Assembly (NCBI RefSeq): GCF_006345805.1
Contig: NC_042998.1
Coordinates: forward strand, 205,158,001-205,222,000
DNA from: Octopus sinensis
Lineage: Eukaryota
Direction: 5' to 3'
Length of the DNA stretch: 64,000 nucleotides
This document shows, piece by piece, positions 14,211-26,070 of the stretch; the first letter of the stretch is position 1; the number at the start of each line of letters is the position of its first letter. A program made the translations under genes and the position numbers. The notes under the pieces were generated by a model, which saw only the letters and a list, made by a program, of their open reading frames with translations, did no database searches and had not been told where the DNA came from.

Positions 14211-14289
14211 ATATATATGTGTGTATGTGTGAAGGCGCATGGCTCAGTGGTTAGAGCATTGAACTGTGATGAGGCCTTGAGATATATAT

Positions 14290-14745
14290 ATAAGTAACTC
14301 ATTTAACTCATTTATAACCGCATATTACCTTAATACACCTGACTAATATGAGCATAATGAGATACTCTTATCTACATGGCTGAAACAGCTGTAAGATCCA
14401 TTTTATATTTATATGTATTGTTCTTATGGTATTATCTTACTCATTGATGTGTACTGTTTTATTCTGTATTATTCTGTTTGATCTGGATGTTCCTAAATAA
14501 TTAGTTAATAAATTATATGAATTGGTATTATCTGGAAGTTGATGATTGAAAGAAATCTATTCCTCCATTTTCTTATTTTGTATTATGAATTTGAGGTAAA
14601 ACATTTTACCTTCGCCCAATAAATGAATTACTTGCATTGCAATTCTTAGCATTTATATATTAGCCTTTCTGGGTATTTTACTGGCAGTATATTGGATAAA
14701 TGATATCCCATAGTGGGTTACACTCACAACCCCTATCTCACTTTG
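14290..14745. mobile_element. TA-flanked interspersed repeat, probable Penelope-type pLTR
   Basis: 14520-14745 is homologous to 21657-21895; contains a degenerate hammerhead-like motif. Confidence 0.6.
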
Positions 14746-14747
14746 TA

Positions 14748-14781
<34 letters not shown>

Positions 14782-14838
14782 CGTTTATATATTTGTTGTG
14801 CAAGATTTTTTATGTGAAGTTGTATGTTCAAACAGATA

Positions 14839-15128
14839 TTGTTGTATTTCGGAATGGTCATTTTGCCAGTTTAGCCAATAAAAACACACGCACTATATAT
14901 TTGGTGTTACTTTGCTTCGGTGTTATTTATTTTTTACATTAATCTTAATCTTATTTCGGCCAGAGTTCTGACAGTTAGTAAGGAGAGACACAAATAAGGA
15001 CCCTGGCCGAAATAAGATTAAGATTAATGTAAAAAATAAATAACACTGAAGCAAAGTAACATCAAATATATAAGTGCGTGTGTTTTTATTGGCTAAACTG
15101 GCAATATGACCATTCCGAAATACAACAA
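14839..15128. repeat. Foldback, ~130-bp arms, ~27-nt spacer
   Basis: ttgttgtatttcggaatggtca...ttatttcggccag versus ctggccgaaataa...tgaccattccgaaatacaacaa. Confidence 0.93.
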
Positions 15129-15238
15129 AAAATATGTATGTATGTATGTATGCATGCCTGCCTGCCTGCCTGTGTTTATTAAATATACTTTTACAAATTG
15201 GTGCTCCTGTTTATTTTGTTGTTGTTTGTATTTTTCAG

Positions 15239-15355
15239 TTCCAACTTTGGTAACAAACAATGTCATCTCTAACGTCTTCCCATTACACAACAATGATGAC
15301 CTGATCCGACTGCGAAATGGCTGGGTGAATGCATTTTGTACGACGCAGCCTCTCA
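15239..15355 (+). CDS. ANO8: ANO8 exon C (IPTLVTNNVISNVFPLH...WV...QPL)
   Basis: Acceptor tttttcag, donor gtaagt; anoctamin FPLH and QPL motifs; phase 1 to phase 1. Confidence 0.93.
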
Positions 15356-16041
15356 GTAAGTTCTTCCCTTATTCTTCTCTACGCTTTGTTAGACCCAAAC
15401 TCAGAGTAAACACTCATCACATTTATATATCTAGACTCACATCTTTGTTTGTATCAATTTAGTTTTGTAATAATTCTTGTTGTGTCTCAGCCCTGATCCA
15501 GCTGACCTGTGGTCAAAGGTGACCCAGCCTTGACCATTCTGTCTTTTTGTATATTAGGGATTGTTATTATTCAATTTGTCCTTATCATTTGAGGCAGACT
15601 TGGCTGTTGTTTCTAGCAAGTCACAGAGGTCTCTTCACTGGCTCATATTGTAGTCATGGGTCAGCCAGATTTTGTTGAAGCAAATTTTGTACAGCTGGAT
15701 GCCTTCCCTGTCACCAACCCCCACCTGTTTCCAATCAAAATGATATTTCCCCATGGCCAGATATGTTTTTCATGGAAGGAAACAACAGCTTTGCTTAAAT
15801 GACTGTCATGCTTGTTCATAACTATCAGATGATGTCAAGGCACACACACACACACACACACACACACATGGTGCAATTACTTAGTTTTTGTCTCCCAAAA
15901 CCACTTTCAAGGCATTAGTTGGCTTAGGGCTTAACTCTCACTGGCTTAATTCCCATATTTGTTAATAGGTACCATGGATTTTGAGGAAATTAGTCAGCCA
16001 AAAGTTGGGAGTTCAAACCCCTCAATAGACAGAAACCAGTA

Positions 16042-16277
16042 AAGGCGGCAAGCTGGCAGAATCGTTAGCACGCCGGGCGAAATGCTTAGCGATATTTCGT
16101 CTGTCATTAGATTCTGAGTTCAAATTCCGCTGAGGTCAACTTTGCCTTTCATCCTTTTGGGGTCGATAAATTAAGTACCAGTTATGCACTGGGGTTGATG
16201 TAATCGACTTAATCCCTTCGTCTTTCCTTGTTTGTCCCCTCTGTGTTTAGCCCCCTGTGGGCAATAAAGAAATAAGA
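16042..16277 (+). mobile_element. SINE family 2; other copies near 4320, 4500, 11350, 26520, 40350, 46600, 53272
   Basis: Head tggcagaatcgttag...gagttcaaattcc and central gcctttcatccttttggggtcgataaattaagtaccag block. Confidence 0.8.
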
Positions 16278-16919
16278 AACCAATGACTCTCAGTGGTTTG
16301 ATGTTATGAAAGGCCTGGCTGCCATCTGCCTCACTACACACGAAGACATCTGTCACAAATGGACAATATACCGTGAAGTGGAAACCCATACTCAGTTGAG
16401 TTTCACTCAATAACCCACACACTTTTCTGTTACTCTAGATTTAAATTCACTCTATAGTACCCAAAGTATACCTTGTCCAAGTTCTGTGTTGAAGCAATCC
16501 CTACAACAGATCGACAAACCTGTATTCCTGTTTGTTGGGTGAAGCAACTATGTGGATTGGTGACAGGAAAGAAAAACAGCTATAAAATAGTCTCTCAAAA
16601 AAGCCTGTGTGTGTCTGTGTGTGACCTTGTCTTGACATCATGTGAATGTTGTAAACAAGCATCACTGTTATACAGGCAGTGTTAATAATTTCCAATCTTC
16701 TGTGAAAACACATGTCTGTCCATTGGGGGAAAGATCACTTTACCTGGAAACAGGTAAGAATTGGCAACAGAAAGGGTTTCTGAATGCAGGAAATCTGCCT
16801 CCCCAAATTCTGTTCAGTTCATACAAGCATGAAAAAGGGGACATTAAAATGATGATAATAATACTAATAATAGTAGTATAAAATACCCTTAATCTTTCAA
16901 CCATTTCTTTTCTTTCCAG

Positions 16920-17047
16920 ATCAAATTTGTGAATACTTTGGAGTGAAGATTGCGATGTATTTTGCTTACTTGGGACATTACACAACAGCTCTATGTATTC
17001 CTGCTCTTATAGGACTTCTGGTGTGGACTATGGAAGGATATGAACAG
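16920..17047 (+). CDS. ANO8: ANO8 exon D (NQICEYFGVKIAMYFAYLGHYT..., first TM segment)
   Basis: Acceptor tctttccag, donor CAG|gttggc; phase 1 to phase 0. Not in the ORF track, read directly. Confidence 0.9.
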
Positions 17048-17905
17048 GTTGGCACCAAATTTTAAGTGAAATATTCTGTTCACTGTTTTGAGACCCTATT
17101 CCAAATGAAATATAATCTCCATGTAATTGATTTTGAAAATATTCAAGAATTTGATTGGTTTTACTAAAATGACTTGTACTTTCTTGACGAAGTTGATGTT
17201 TGGAACGTAACACAAGGTTCTAAACCAAAAATTATGAAGAAAGAATTTAATTTGGATGTATTTACTTTAAATTTGGAAGTTTTTTGTTTTTCTCATAGAA
17301 TTAGAATTCAGGTAGTTTAGTGAGAAAAGAGTGCTCAAAGATGGTCGATTGGTTTATCAGGTGTGGCTGTGGGGTAAGGATTTTGCTTCCTGGTTCTGCA
17401 TTCCGTCCCACTGCATGGCACCATGGGCGTTTTCTACTATAGCCTTACAAGTGGATTTCACTCCTGGAGCGGTCAGCGTTAGGAAGGGCATCCGGCTGTA
17501 GAAACCATGCCAAATTAAACTGGACCTTGGTGCAGCTCTCTGGCTCATCCACTCCAGTCAAACCATCCAACTCATTCCAACATGGGGAGCGGACATTAAA
17601 TGATGATCACAATCATCATCATCATCATTATTTAGCGTCCATCGTCCATGCTGGCACGAGTTGGATGGCTTGACCAGGGCTGGCAAGCTGAGGGGCTGCA
17701 CCAGACCCCAGTCCGATTTAGCATGGTTTCTACAGCTGGATGCCCTTCCTAATGCCAACCACTCCACAGAATGTAATGGGTGCTTTTACATGTCACCAGC
17801 ATCAGTCACATTGCCTTTGTGAGGCCCAACGGTCGAAAGGTGCTTTTTATGCTCCACCGGCATGGGCGTTCGTTACATGACACTAGCTTCGGCCAAATAT
17901 ATATC

Positions 17906-18367
17906 AATTAAGAACCAAAATTTATATCTCCAGGTTTTAATGCAGTTATTTACATCTTTTCATTTCGTACCTCCATGTTTCTGCAGCAAGTCAGTGCACA
18001 CTGCAAACTTTGCATCTGGTGCACATTTTGTTGTTAATCACTATTGCTGCTGCTTCAGAGCACAATTATCTGCATTTTCGGATTTCATCTGAATTAGAGT
18101 TGGAAAGGTCAGGATTTAGACTATTTATCGATTGCTAATACCACGATGATGATGTTTGTGAATTAGTTTCGGTTGGACTCAAATTTAAATCAGATGAAAT
18201 CCGAAAATGCAGATAATTGCAGCAGCAGTGATTAACAACAAAATGTGCACCAGATGCAAAGTTTGCAGTGTGCACTGACTTGTTGCAGAAACATATGTAG
18301 GTACGAAATGAAAAGATGTAAATAACTGCATAAAAACCTGGAGATATAAATTTCTGTTCTCCTTAAT
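17906..18367. repeat. Foldback, ~185-bp arms, ~80-nt spacer
   Basis: aaatttatatctccagg...ttcggatttcatctga versus tcagatgaaatccgaa...cctggagatataaattt. Confidence 0.93.
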
Positions 18368-19047
18368 TAATTAATTAATGACTTCTTATCTACTGACAAC
18401 AGGCCGTCTCTATAGAGACATGAATTTGCCAATGTGAAGATCTACCGAGGATAGCAAAATAAACTAACTGGAGTTTATTTACACTCACTGAGGTTGGCCA
18501 GCATTTTTAACCAGTAAATGTAAATACAGGGCCCCACTAGGATCATACTTGCCTTTAATAGCCCTTGTATATGTATATATATATGTGTGTGTGTGTTTGT
18601 CCTCCATCACTGCTTGACAACCAGTGCTGGTGTGTTTATGTCCTTGTTAATTAGCAGTTTGGCAAACGTAACGAATAGGATAAGCACCAGGCTTTAAAAA
18701 TATAAATAAAAGTAAGCGCTGGGGTCAATTCGCTTGGCTTAAAAACTCTTCAAGTTGGTGCCCCAGCATGGCCACAGTCGAATGAGTGAAACAAGTAAAA
18801 GATAGAAGATATGACCATACATCAACTCTTCAGCAAGACTCTTGTTTCTATCCTTTCATCAAACTTTAATCTCTCAACATTTAGCCATCTCCTGCAATAC
18901 TGTTCCCCGCTCCTTCACTTAAGGAGTCTTACCTTGCAAGTTGATTGGTGACCCCACCAGTGCTGGTGCCAAGTGAAAAGCCCCCAGTTCACTCTGTAAA
19001 GTGGTCGATGTTAGGAAAGGCATCCAGTCATAGAAACCATGACAACC

Positions 19048-19150
19048 CAGTGGTTCCCAGCCTGGGGCTGACAGACCTTTCCTGGGGTCCAATGGAAAAC
19101 TCATTTCAATAAAAAGGGGTCCTCAGTAGTGAAAAGGTTGGAAACCACTG
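19048..19150. mobile_element. hAT-type MITE (103 bp)
   Basis: TIRs cagtggttcccagcct / aggttggaaaccactg. Confidence 0.65.
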
Positions 19151-19996
19151 GTCTAACCCATGCCATCATTTTCCCGTCTACATGCAACTCAGAACTACAT
19201 TGTTCAGTGTGTCCTCTGTGGGGAGTTGTGGGAGGTTTAGCTGTCATTTCTAGCAAATTGAAAAATTTTATGAGGGTCTCCCTTGTTAGTTCTTTGCTGC
19301 TGTTGGTACTGTTGCTGTTATTCTTGCTGCTGATGATGATGATGATGAAAAGGAGAATGATAAAAGAAGGGCCCAACTACTGTTGTGTTCTCAATGACAA
19401 ACTGACCCCTAGACCCCCTTTGACTCCCACCACCAAAGGTGTTCTAATTTGAAGTTTACAACCAGTTTATCAACAGATAAGAGTCCCACGGATGCCAGTT
19501 ACTGTCCTGGTTTCCAAGATTTACATAGGCTGTTTCATCAACACAGACATCAGCAGAGAATAATAATGATAATAATAATAATAGTACTAATGACACCTCA
19601 TAATTTGTATTTTAGCTACACACACACACACACACATTGAACCAATAGTGAAAATCTATTTCTGATAAGGCAACCAAGTCTTTTTTTTAAAAATTAATTG
19701 TAATTAAAATCTCTTTAAAAATGGTGAAATGTTTCATTCCTAATCTACAGGAGTCTAGAAATGTACATCTTCAAAACACTGACAGACCAATGGTAAGTGT
19801 CTTCTAGGTTTGCCATAAATGGTGATGGTTTAATTTTGGGTCTCTGGTAGCTTGCAGTGGTTGATTAACATTTTGGTGGGAAAGGCCTAGTAACGTGTGC
19901 TGTGTTCTGGGATATTTCTACTCTGTCGTGCAATATTTAGTCAAGTTGTGTTCACATTGAATTTTGTGCTGTTGGAATTGGCCACTCCTTAGGCAA

Positions 19997-20037
<41 letters not shown>

Positions 20038-20041
<4 letters not shown>

Positions 20042-20223
20042 AGATCGTTAGCTCCTACACGCATTTTTTTCTCTCCTTGCTTTTTTCTGTGTCTCTTTCT
20101 GCAGAAGAGCGTAGGCTCGAAACGTAAAAGACTTTTTCAATTCCTGAGCGTTATACTAATACATCTGTTTGTTTTGTACACCACCTGTCTTCGTCTTTTG
20201 TTTTTTTTTGTGAACTCTCCCCC
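20038..20223 (+). mobile_element. Short TA-flanked repeat carrying a minimal hammerhead-like motif
   Basis: Second copy in reverse at 62627-62816; remnant at ~56250-56290. Confidence 0.75.
20094..20131 (+). ncRNA. Putative minimal type I hammerhead ribozyme variant
   Basis: TCTTT-CTGCAGA-A-GAGC gtag GCTC-GAAACGTA-AAAGA: helix I, core with A6 substituted, helix II, palindromic ACGT, UA site. Confidence 0.55.
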
Positions 20224-20384
20224 TATATATATACATATATATATATATATATCACCATGATCGACCAGGCTACACATCGCTGGTCACAATGCGCTTCGCA
20301 TTGTTTTAGCCTTCAAATGACGCCACCCCACTGGCTAAGCATGCAGGCCAATATATATATATATATATAAATATATATATATAA

Positions 20385-20417
<33 letters not shown>

Positions 20418-20672
20418 GATATATGTATGTCTTTGTGAACAAACACAAAACTATGCAGAACTACAGCTATGAATGGTGACCTTACTATTTGTGGTTGAGT
20501 CACAACTGGTGACATTTATTGACCTTCAACGAATCATCCAATTAGCTCTACACTTTCAAATTCCTTTGGAATTACAAATGTCCCTTTCTTGGAAAACAGG
20601 TAAGGGTTAGTGACAGGAAGTGCATCTAGCTGTGAAAATGCCACTTCCTCTCCTCCAAGCCTTGCTAATTTG

Positions 20673-20805
20673 CATAACTCTGATTTTGATGGTAAGTCTT
20701 AGTATCGATGTCATAACCATGATTTTTCTAGTGAGTCTTAGTATCGATGTCATAACTATGATTTTATTGCTGAGTCTTAATATCTTATGTTGTAACTCTG
20801 ATTTC
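20673..20805. repeat. 39-bp tandem repeat, ~3.5 copies
   Basis: agtcttagtatcgatgtcataac recurs with period 39 just upstream of exon E. Confidence 0.8.
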
Positions 20806-20869
20806 GGTGGTGGGTCTCGGCATCTGTGTCATGATTTCATCTTTTTATTTTGTATTCTTCTTGCTTCAG

Positions 20870-21031
20870 ATATTTGATGATTGGTGCTTTGTGGGTTTTG
20901 CGTTGTTTAATGTGTTGTGGGCCACTCTTTACTTGGAACACTGGAAGCGAAGATCAGCTGAGCTGGCTTACAAGTGGGGGACTCTAGACAAAAATGATGA
21001 AGTTGTCATAGATCCCAGGCCTTTTTATAAG
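20870..21031 (+). CDS. ANO8: ANO8 exon E (IFDDWCFVGFALFNVLWATLYLEHWKRR...PRPFYK)
   Basis: Acceptor ttgcttcag, donor AAG|gtgaga; 162 nt, phase 0. Confidence 0.93.
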
Positions 21032-21345
21032 GTGAGAACTTTCATACTAATTTCAAATTTGTTAAATTCTTATTTTATACAAACACATGCACAGTGCATT
21101 ATCTCTTTACTACATGTGTGTGTGTGTGTGTGTGTGTGTATGCATGAGCACATAAGTGTATGTATATGTATTTTCTTTATATGACATATCGGTGGTTATC
21201 TCCCCTTACCAGAGACTTGTTATAGCCCCAAATAATTCATTATTTTATATATATTTGTTGAGCACTTTTGGTGAAAAAAATACTCTGTAGAGCACATCTG
21301 TGACCAATTAATGAGTGTGTGTATGTATATATATATATATATATG

Positions 21346-21724
21346 TACAAAATTAGAAAATGGAGAAACATCCTTAAATCAATCAAACATCAACCATCAG
21401 ATGATACCCAATCAATACTTTATTACACCATTACATAACAGCAAAGGCATTATACAAAATATATTGTAAATATAATTAGACAAGGAAATAGAAATATAAA
21501 ATATAATATATAATTATATCATAATATAATTATAAATATAATTATATAATTACATATTATATATTATATTTTATATTTCTATTTCCTTGTCTAATTATAT
21601 TTACAATATATTTTGTATAATGCCTTTGCTGTTATGTAATGGTGTAATAAAGTATTGATTGGGTATCATCTGATGGTTGATGTTTGATTGATTTAAGTAT
21701 GTTTCTCCATTTTCTAATTTTGTA
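21346..21724. repeat. Near-perfect foldback, 169-bp arms, 41-nt AT spacer
   Basis: Arms 21346-21514 and 21556-21724 are reverse complements; I see one mismatch. Confidence 0.95.
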
Positions 21725-21923
21725 TTATTAATTTACGGTAATATTTTTACCCTTGCCCACATAATACAGTAGATGAATTAATTGCATGGCAATTTTTAAC
21801 ATTTATGTATTAGTCTTGTTGGGTACCTCTCTAGCAGTATATTGGATATATGTTATTCCATGGTGGGTTGAATTTTCAACCTCTATCTCATTTTATATAT
21901 ATATGTATATACTTATGTATGTA

Positions 21924-22230
21924 TAGTACAGTGCAGAAGTCTTTGACCACTTTATTTCTACTAATTGCCAACATTTTTCTCCTTGAAATCTTGATTGGTT
22001 TATGAGAGATGGCCAAAGACTTTTGCACAGCCATTTTTGGTGGTCACCTTGCATCTTCCCCTTTCATTCAGAATCCCTACCACAAAATATAATGATTAGG
22101 TATTGAAATGACTCCAATGGGGCCAATGTTTCATCTGTGAAATACACAATGCGAAACGTCCCCTTTTAAGTTGGCCATTAATAGAAATTTACAATAATTT
22201 AAAGTGACTGAAAACTTTTGCACTGTACTG
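21924..22230. mobile_element. Tc1-type MITE
   Basis: TIRs agtacagtgcagaagt...accacttt / aaagtga...acttttgcactgtact. Confidence 0.7.
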
Positions 22231-22250
22231 TGTGTGTGTATATATATATA

Positions 22251-22313
<63 letters not shown>

Positions 22314-22317
22314 ATTG

Positions 22318-22701
22318 AGCAGGTGTAGCTGTGTGGTAAGAAGTTTGCTTCCCAACCACATGGTTCCAGGTTCAGTACCACTGCATGGCACCTTGGTTAA
22401 GTGTCTTCTACTATAGCCTCAGACTCACCAAGGTTTTGTGAATGGATTTGGTAGATGGAAACTGAAAGAAGCCCATCATGTATATGCATGTGTGTGTGTG
22501 TGTGTCACTTCCGTAACTGTTTGACTAATGGTGTCAGTGTGTTTATTTGCCAGTAACTTAGCAGCTCAGCAAAGGAGACCAATAGAATAAGTACCAGGCT
22601 TTACAAAAAAATAATAATTACTGGGGTTGATTTGTTCAACTAAAATTCTTCAAGATGATGCCCCAGTATGGCCGCAGTCCAGTGACTGAAACAAGTAAAA
22701 G

Positions 22702-22702
<1 letters not shown>
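22318..22702 (+). mobile_element. SINE family 3 with internal microsatellite; other copies near 5982, 10030, 10917, 17357, 18590, 56797, 57570
   Basis: gctgtgtggtaagaagtttgcttcccaaccacatggttcc...actgaaacaagtaaaaga block recurs on both strands. Confidence 0.8.
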
Positions 22703-22733
<31 letters not shown>

Positions 22734-23570
22734 ATCTTCATCTTGATGTCCACCTTTCCATGCTTCCATGGTTTAGACGGAGTTTGTTGAAGCATAATTT
22801 CTACAGCTGGATACCCTTCCTGTCACCAACATTCACTTGTTTCCATTTAAGGTTGATATTTTTCCATGGCCAGAAATGTTCTCAGAGAATATTAGAAATG
22901 AATGGCATTGCTTACATCGAGAAGGAAGATTAAAAAATTAATCCAAGAACAGAAATGGAGTTTTTATGCAACTGTAGCTAAAGGAAGTTATTTGGGAAAG
23001 ATTTTGCTTCAACTTGTGGCTGGCAAACGTGTGTCAAGGGAAGCCAGACAACAATAAACTTTGTCTGATATTGCACAACTGTTGTGATGATGGTTTTGAA
23101 TGTCTTCCACTCTAGTATAAATATTCATTTCAGTTTGATGAGAGAGAGTTTTCACTCAAAATATTCATCATTATCCTCATCGTTTAACGTCTGCATTCCA
23201 AGGTGGCATGGGTTGGACGATTTGACTGGGGACTAGCAAGCCAGTAGGCTGTGCCAGGTTCAGTCTGATCTGGCCAGGTTTCTATTAACAAGGCCAAGGA
23301 AGGCTGAAATCACATGATCTGGAAGTCTCGCAGTATCAGGAGATGATTATCTCTTGCTAGTGATATAAACAAGAGTGCTTATATGCATCACAAGTCCATA
23401 TGAAAGGTTCTCTCGAGTTAAATAATGCAGTATTTTGTGTTCTAACACAACTTTTGCTTTTAAATGAGGATTAATATTCCTTTTTTCCTCCTTATTTCCC
23501 CTTCAATGTGAGAGGCTCCCTCCACTTAATTTTGTTCTTTAAATTTCTCTTGACCGGTTTCTCTTTGCAG

Positions 23571-23859
23571 GGAGAACTTGAAGTAAGTAGTGTCACTGGA
23601 AGGCTGGAACCATTCTATCCAATATGGAAAAGGAATTTGTTCCGCTACTTTATAACCCTTCCTGTTGTCATCTTAAGTCTTTGCATTGTATTTGCTGTGA
23701 TGCTGGCCAACTTTTACATTGAGGAACTCATCACGAAATTAGTCAACACCGGTGAATATGCTTTCATTGCTAAAGTTTTGCCTAAAGTTTGCCATGCTGT
23801 TTCCATCTTCACACTCGATCGAATGTACACCAGAGTTGCATACTGGCTGAATGACATGG
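23571..23859 (+). CDS. ANO8: ANO8 exon F (GELEVSSVTGRLEPFYP...AYWLNDM)
   Basis: Acceptor ctctttgcag, donor G|gtaagt; phase 0 to phase 1. Confidence 0.93.
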
Positions 23860-23904
23860 GTAAGTCTGGCAGTCCTGTGCCAATTTTCTCAATTTTAGAA
23901 TTTT

Positions 23905-24425
23905 ATAATAATAATAATAAAATTATTGTATACAGTGCTCAGGTGCACCACAACTTGTCAGAAAGTGCATATAAAGCATATGCAGTAATGTACAAATGTC
24001 TGGGAAGTGAACAGTGTATGAGTCAGATACATGCTTGTGTGTGTATGGAGGGGAGAAAACCAGGTGTAGTGTTGGCGAATCTCAGGAAGCATGGAAGTTT
24101 TGAAGGATGCAGTGCTCCGACAACTAACAACTGATGCTGGCAGTTTGTTCCATGCTTCAGCAACTCTTACCGTGAAAAAATGTTTCCGAAAGTCATGGGA
24201 GCTGTGCTGTTTTCTGACTTTGTAAATATGTCCACGGGTGTTAGAAGGGTGGAATTTGAAAAGGTGCTCAGAGTTATTGTTGGTAAGATGGTTAATAATT
24301 TTATGGGTGTCTGCCAAGTCAGCTGCCAGACGTTGGAGTTTCAATGTGTCCATGCCCAGGGAAGTAAGGCATTCAGATGGAGTGTATTCTCTTGGTTACA
24401 CATCGCTCAACGGCTTCCAGACAAT
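23905..24425 (-). mobile_element. CR1-like LINE 3' end with (ATT)n tail
   Basis: LKLQRLAADL...TRGHIYKVRKQ...FFTVRVAEAWNKLP. Confidence 0.88.
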
Positions 24426-24854
24426 TAATATCCTGGGCAAGATAGAGGTTTTATTCATCTCAATCAACAAACACAGAATTATTGATTCAACAAAATATTC
24501 AAGCTACAAAAACAACAACCATTACATGTCTTAGCGCCGTCAGTCATGTTTGACCTGTTTAAACAAATCACTTGCAATTATGGAGAGTAATATCTGTGAT
24601 AATTTCTGTCACTTTCCCACAGGATGTCATTGTTGTAATACCACCCAATAATCATGATCTCTTTCTCACAGTTAATTGCTCCACCGACTGTAATTTATAA
24701 CTGGCTGACATGCACGGAAAGTTACACAGTTTTAAAACCACAAATGTTCCAAAATTGGCACCAAATATGAGCATCCTACACAAAATGCTGTCATGGAATG
24801 GAGGCAGATGTAATATCAGTTGTGTGTACGTGTGTGTGTTTGTGTATGTATGTG

Positions 24855-24885
<31 letters not shown>

Positions 24886-24953
24886 GCACGCACATATCAA
24901 AGTAAATTGTATGTATGTGTGATATCTAGAATGTTGTATAACTAGTAACACAT

Positions 24954-24989
<36 letters not shown>

Positions 24990-25356
24990 GAGACCCCCTT
25001 CGGTCATGAATGACCATGGGATTGCACCTAGAAAGTTACTCTCCGAGGCACAAGTCCGGGCAAGGTTGTTTATGGAAGACCATCAGTTGCCCCTGCATCA
25101 GCCTCCCCTCCCCATGCCACCAATATTATCCAAGGGAAAGGCAAAGGGGCCGATACAGCTTGGCACCAGTGACACTGCAACTCATTTCTACAGCTGAGTG
25201 AACTGGAGCAACGTGAAATAAAGTGTCTTGCTCAAGAACACAACACACAGCCCAGACCAGGAATTGAACTCACTATCCAATGCTCTAACCACTGAGTCAT
25301 GTACCATCTCTCTCTCTCTCACACACACACACAACGTATGTCTATCTAGGGCAAGT

Positions 25357-26070
25357 AAAATTCCCGAGATCCATGGACGAGTTCTCTCCAACATTCTTTG
25401 TCCCTCGTCATCGCTGCCATGTCCTGTGTGTTTCCCAGAGACCAGTGCCTGTCCTTAGGGCATCAACACGTCATCCTCGGTCTCCCTCTCTAGTGTGTCT
25501 GTGTAGGGGTTTCCCTGGGGGCAGTATCAACTCTGAATGTCCAGCTAACCTCAGTCTCCTCTGTGTTATTTTCGAGCTAACTTTTGGGAGGCTCTCGCAC
25601 AGCTCTGAGTTCTTCATCCTCAGCATCCTCATCCACCATCTGAGTGAGTTTCTAGGTCAGTGTCCAATTCTTAGTCCCATACAACAGCACAGACCCCCCT
25701 GCGGCAATGAATAGACAGGTATTCAAACGTCCAACTTCCATACAGATCTCAAACTATGGCATGCCGCTCAGGCTTTGCTCTTCCTCACAACTATATCGCC
25801 CTGTGTGTTCCCAGTCTTTGCTCCCAGATACAGGAAGTCCTCAACCAACTCTAGTGGCTTCCTGCCTACATTCGTAATCTTCTCTGGCTCCTTAATATTC
25901 TCTACCAGATACTTTGTCTTAATCTCATTCAATTTCAACCCCACACCCATCGGCACAGTCTCCACCTCCTGCATCAACCCCTCACTGTGTTTGTCACCAG
26001 AACTATGTCATCAACAAATTCAGCATCTGATATCTTTTTAACCTTCACCCTCCTGCTCTCAGCCGGTGCT
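25357..26070 (-). mobile_element. Degenerate LINE RT fragment related to the 6549-7000 family
   Basis: GVGLKLNEIKTKY...LELVEDFLYLG motif; frameshifted. Confidence 0.7.
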
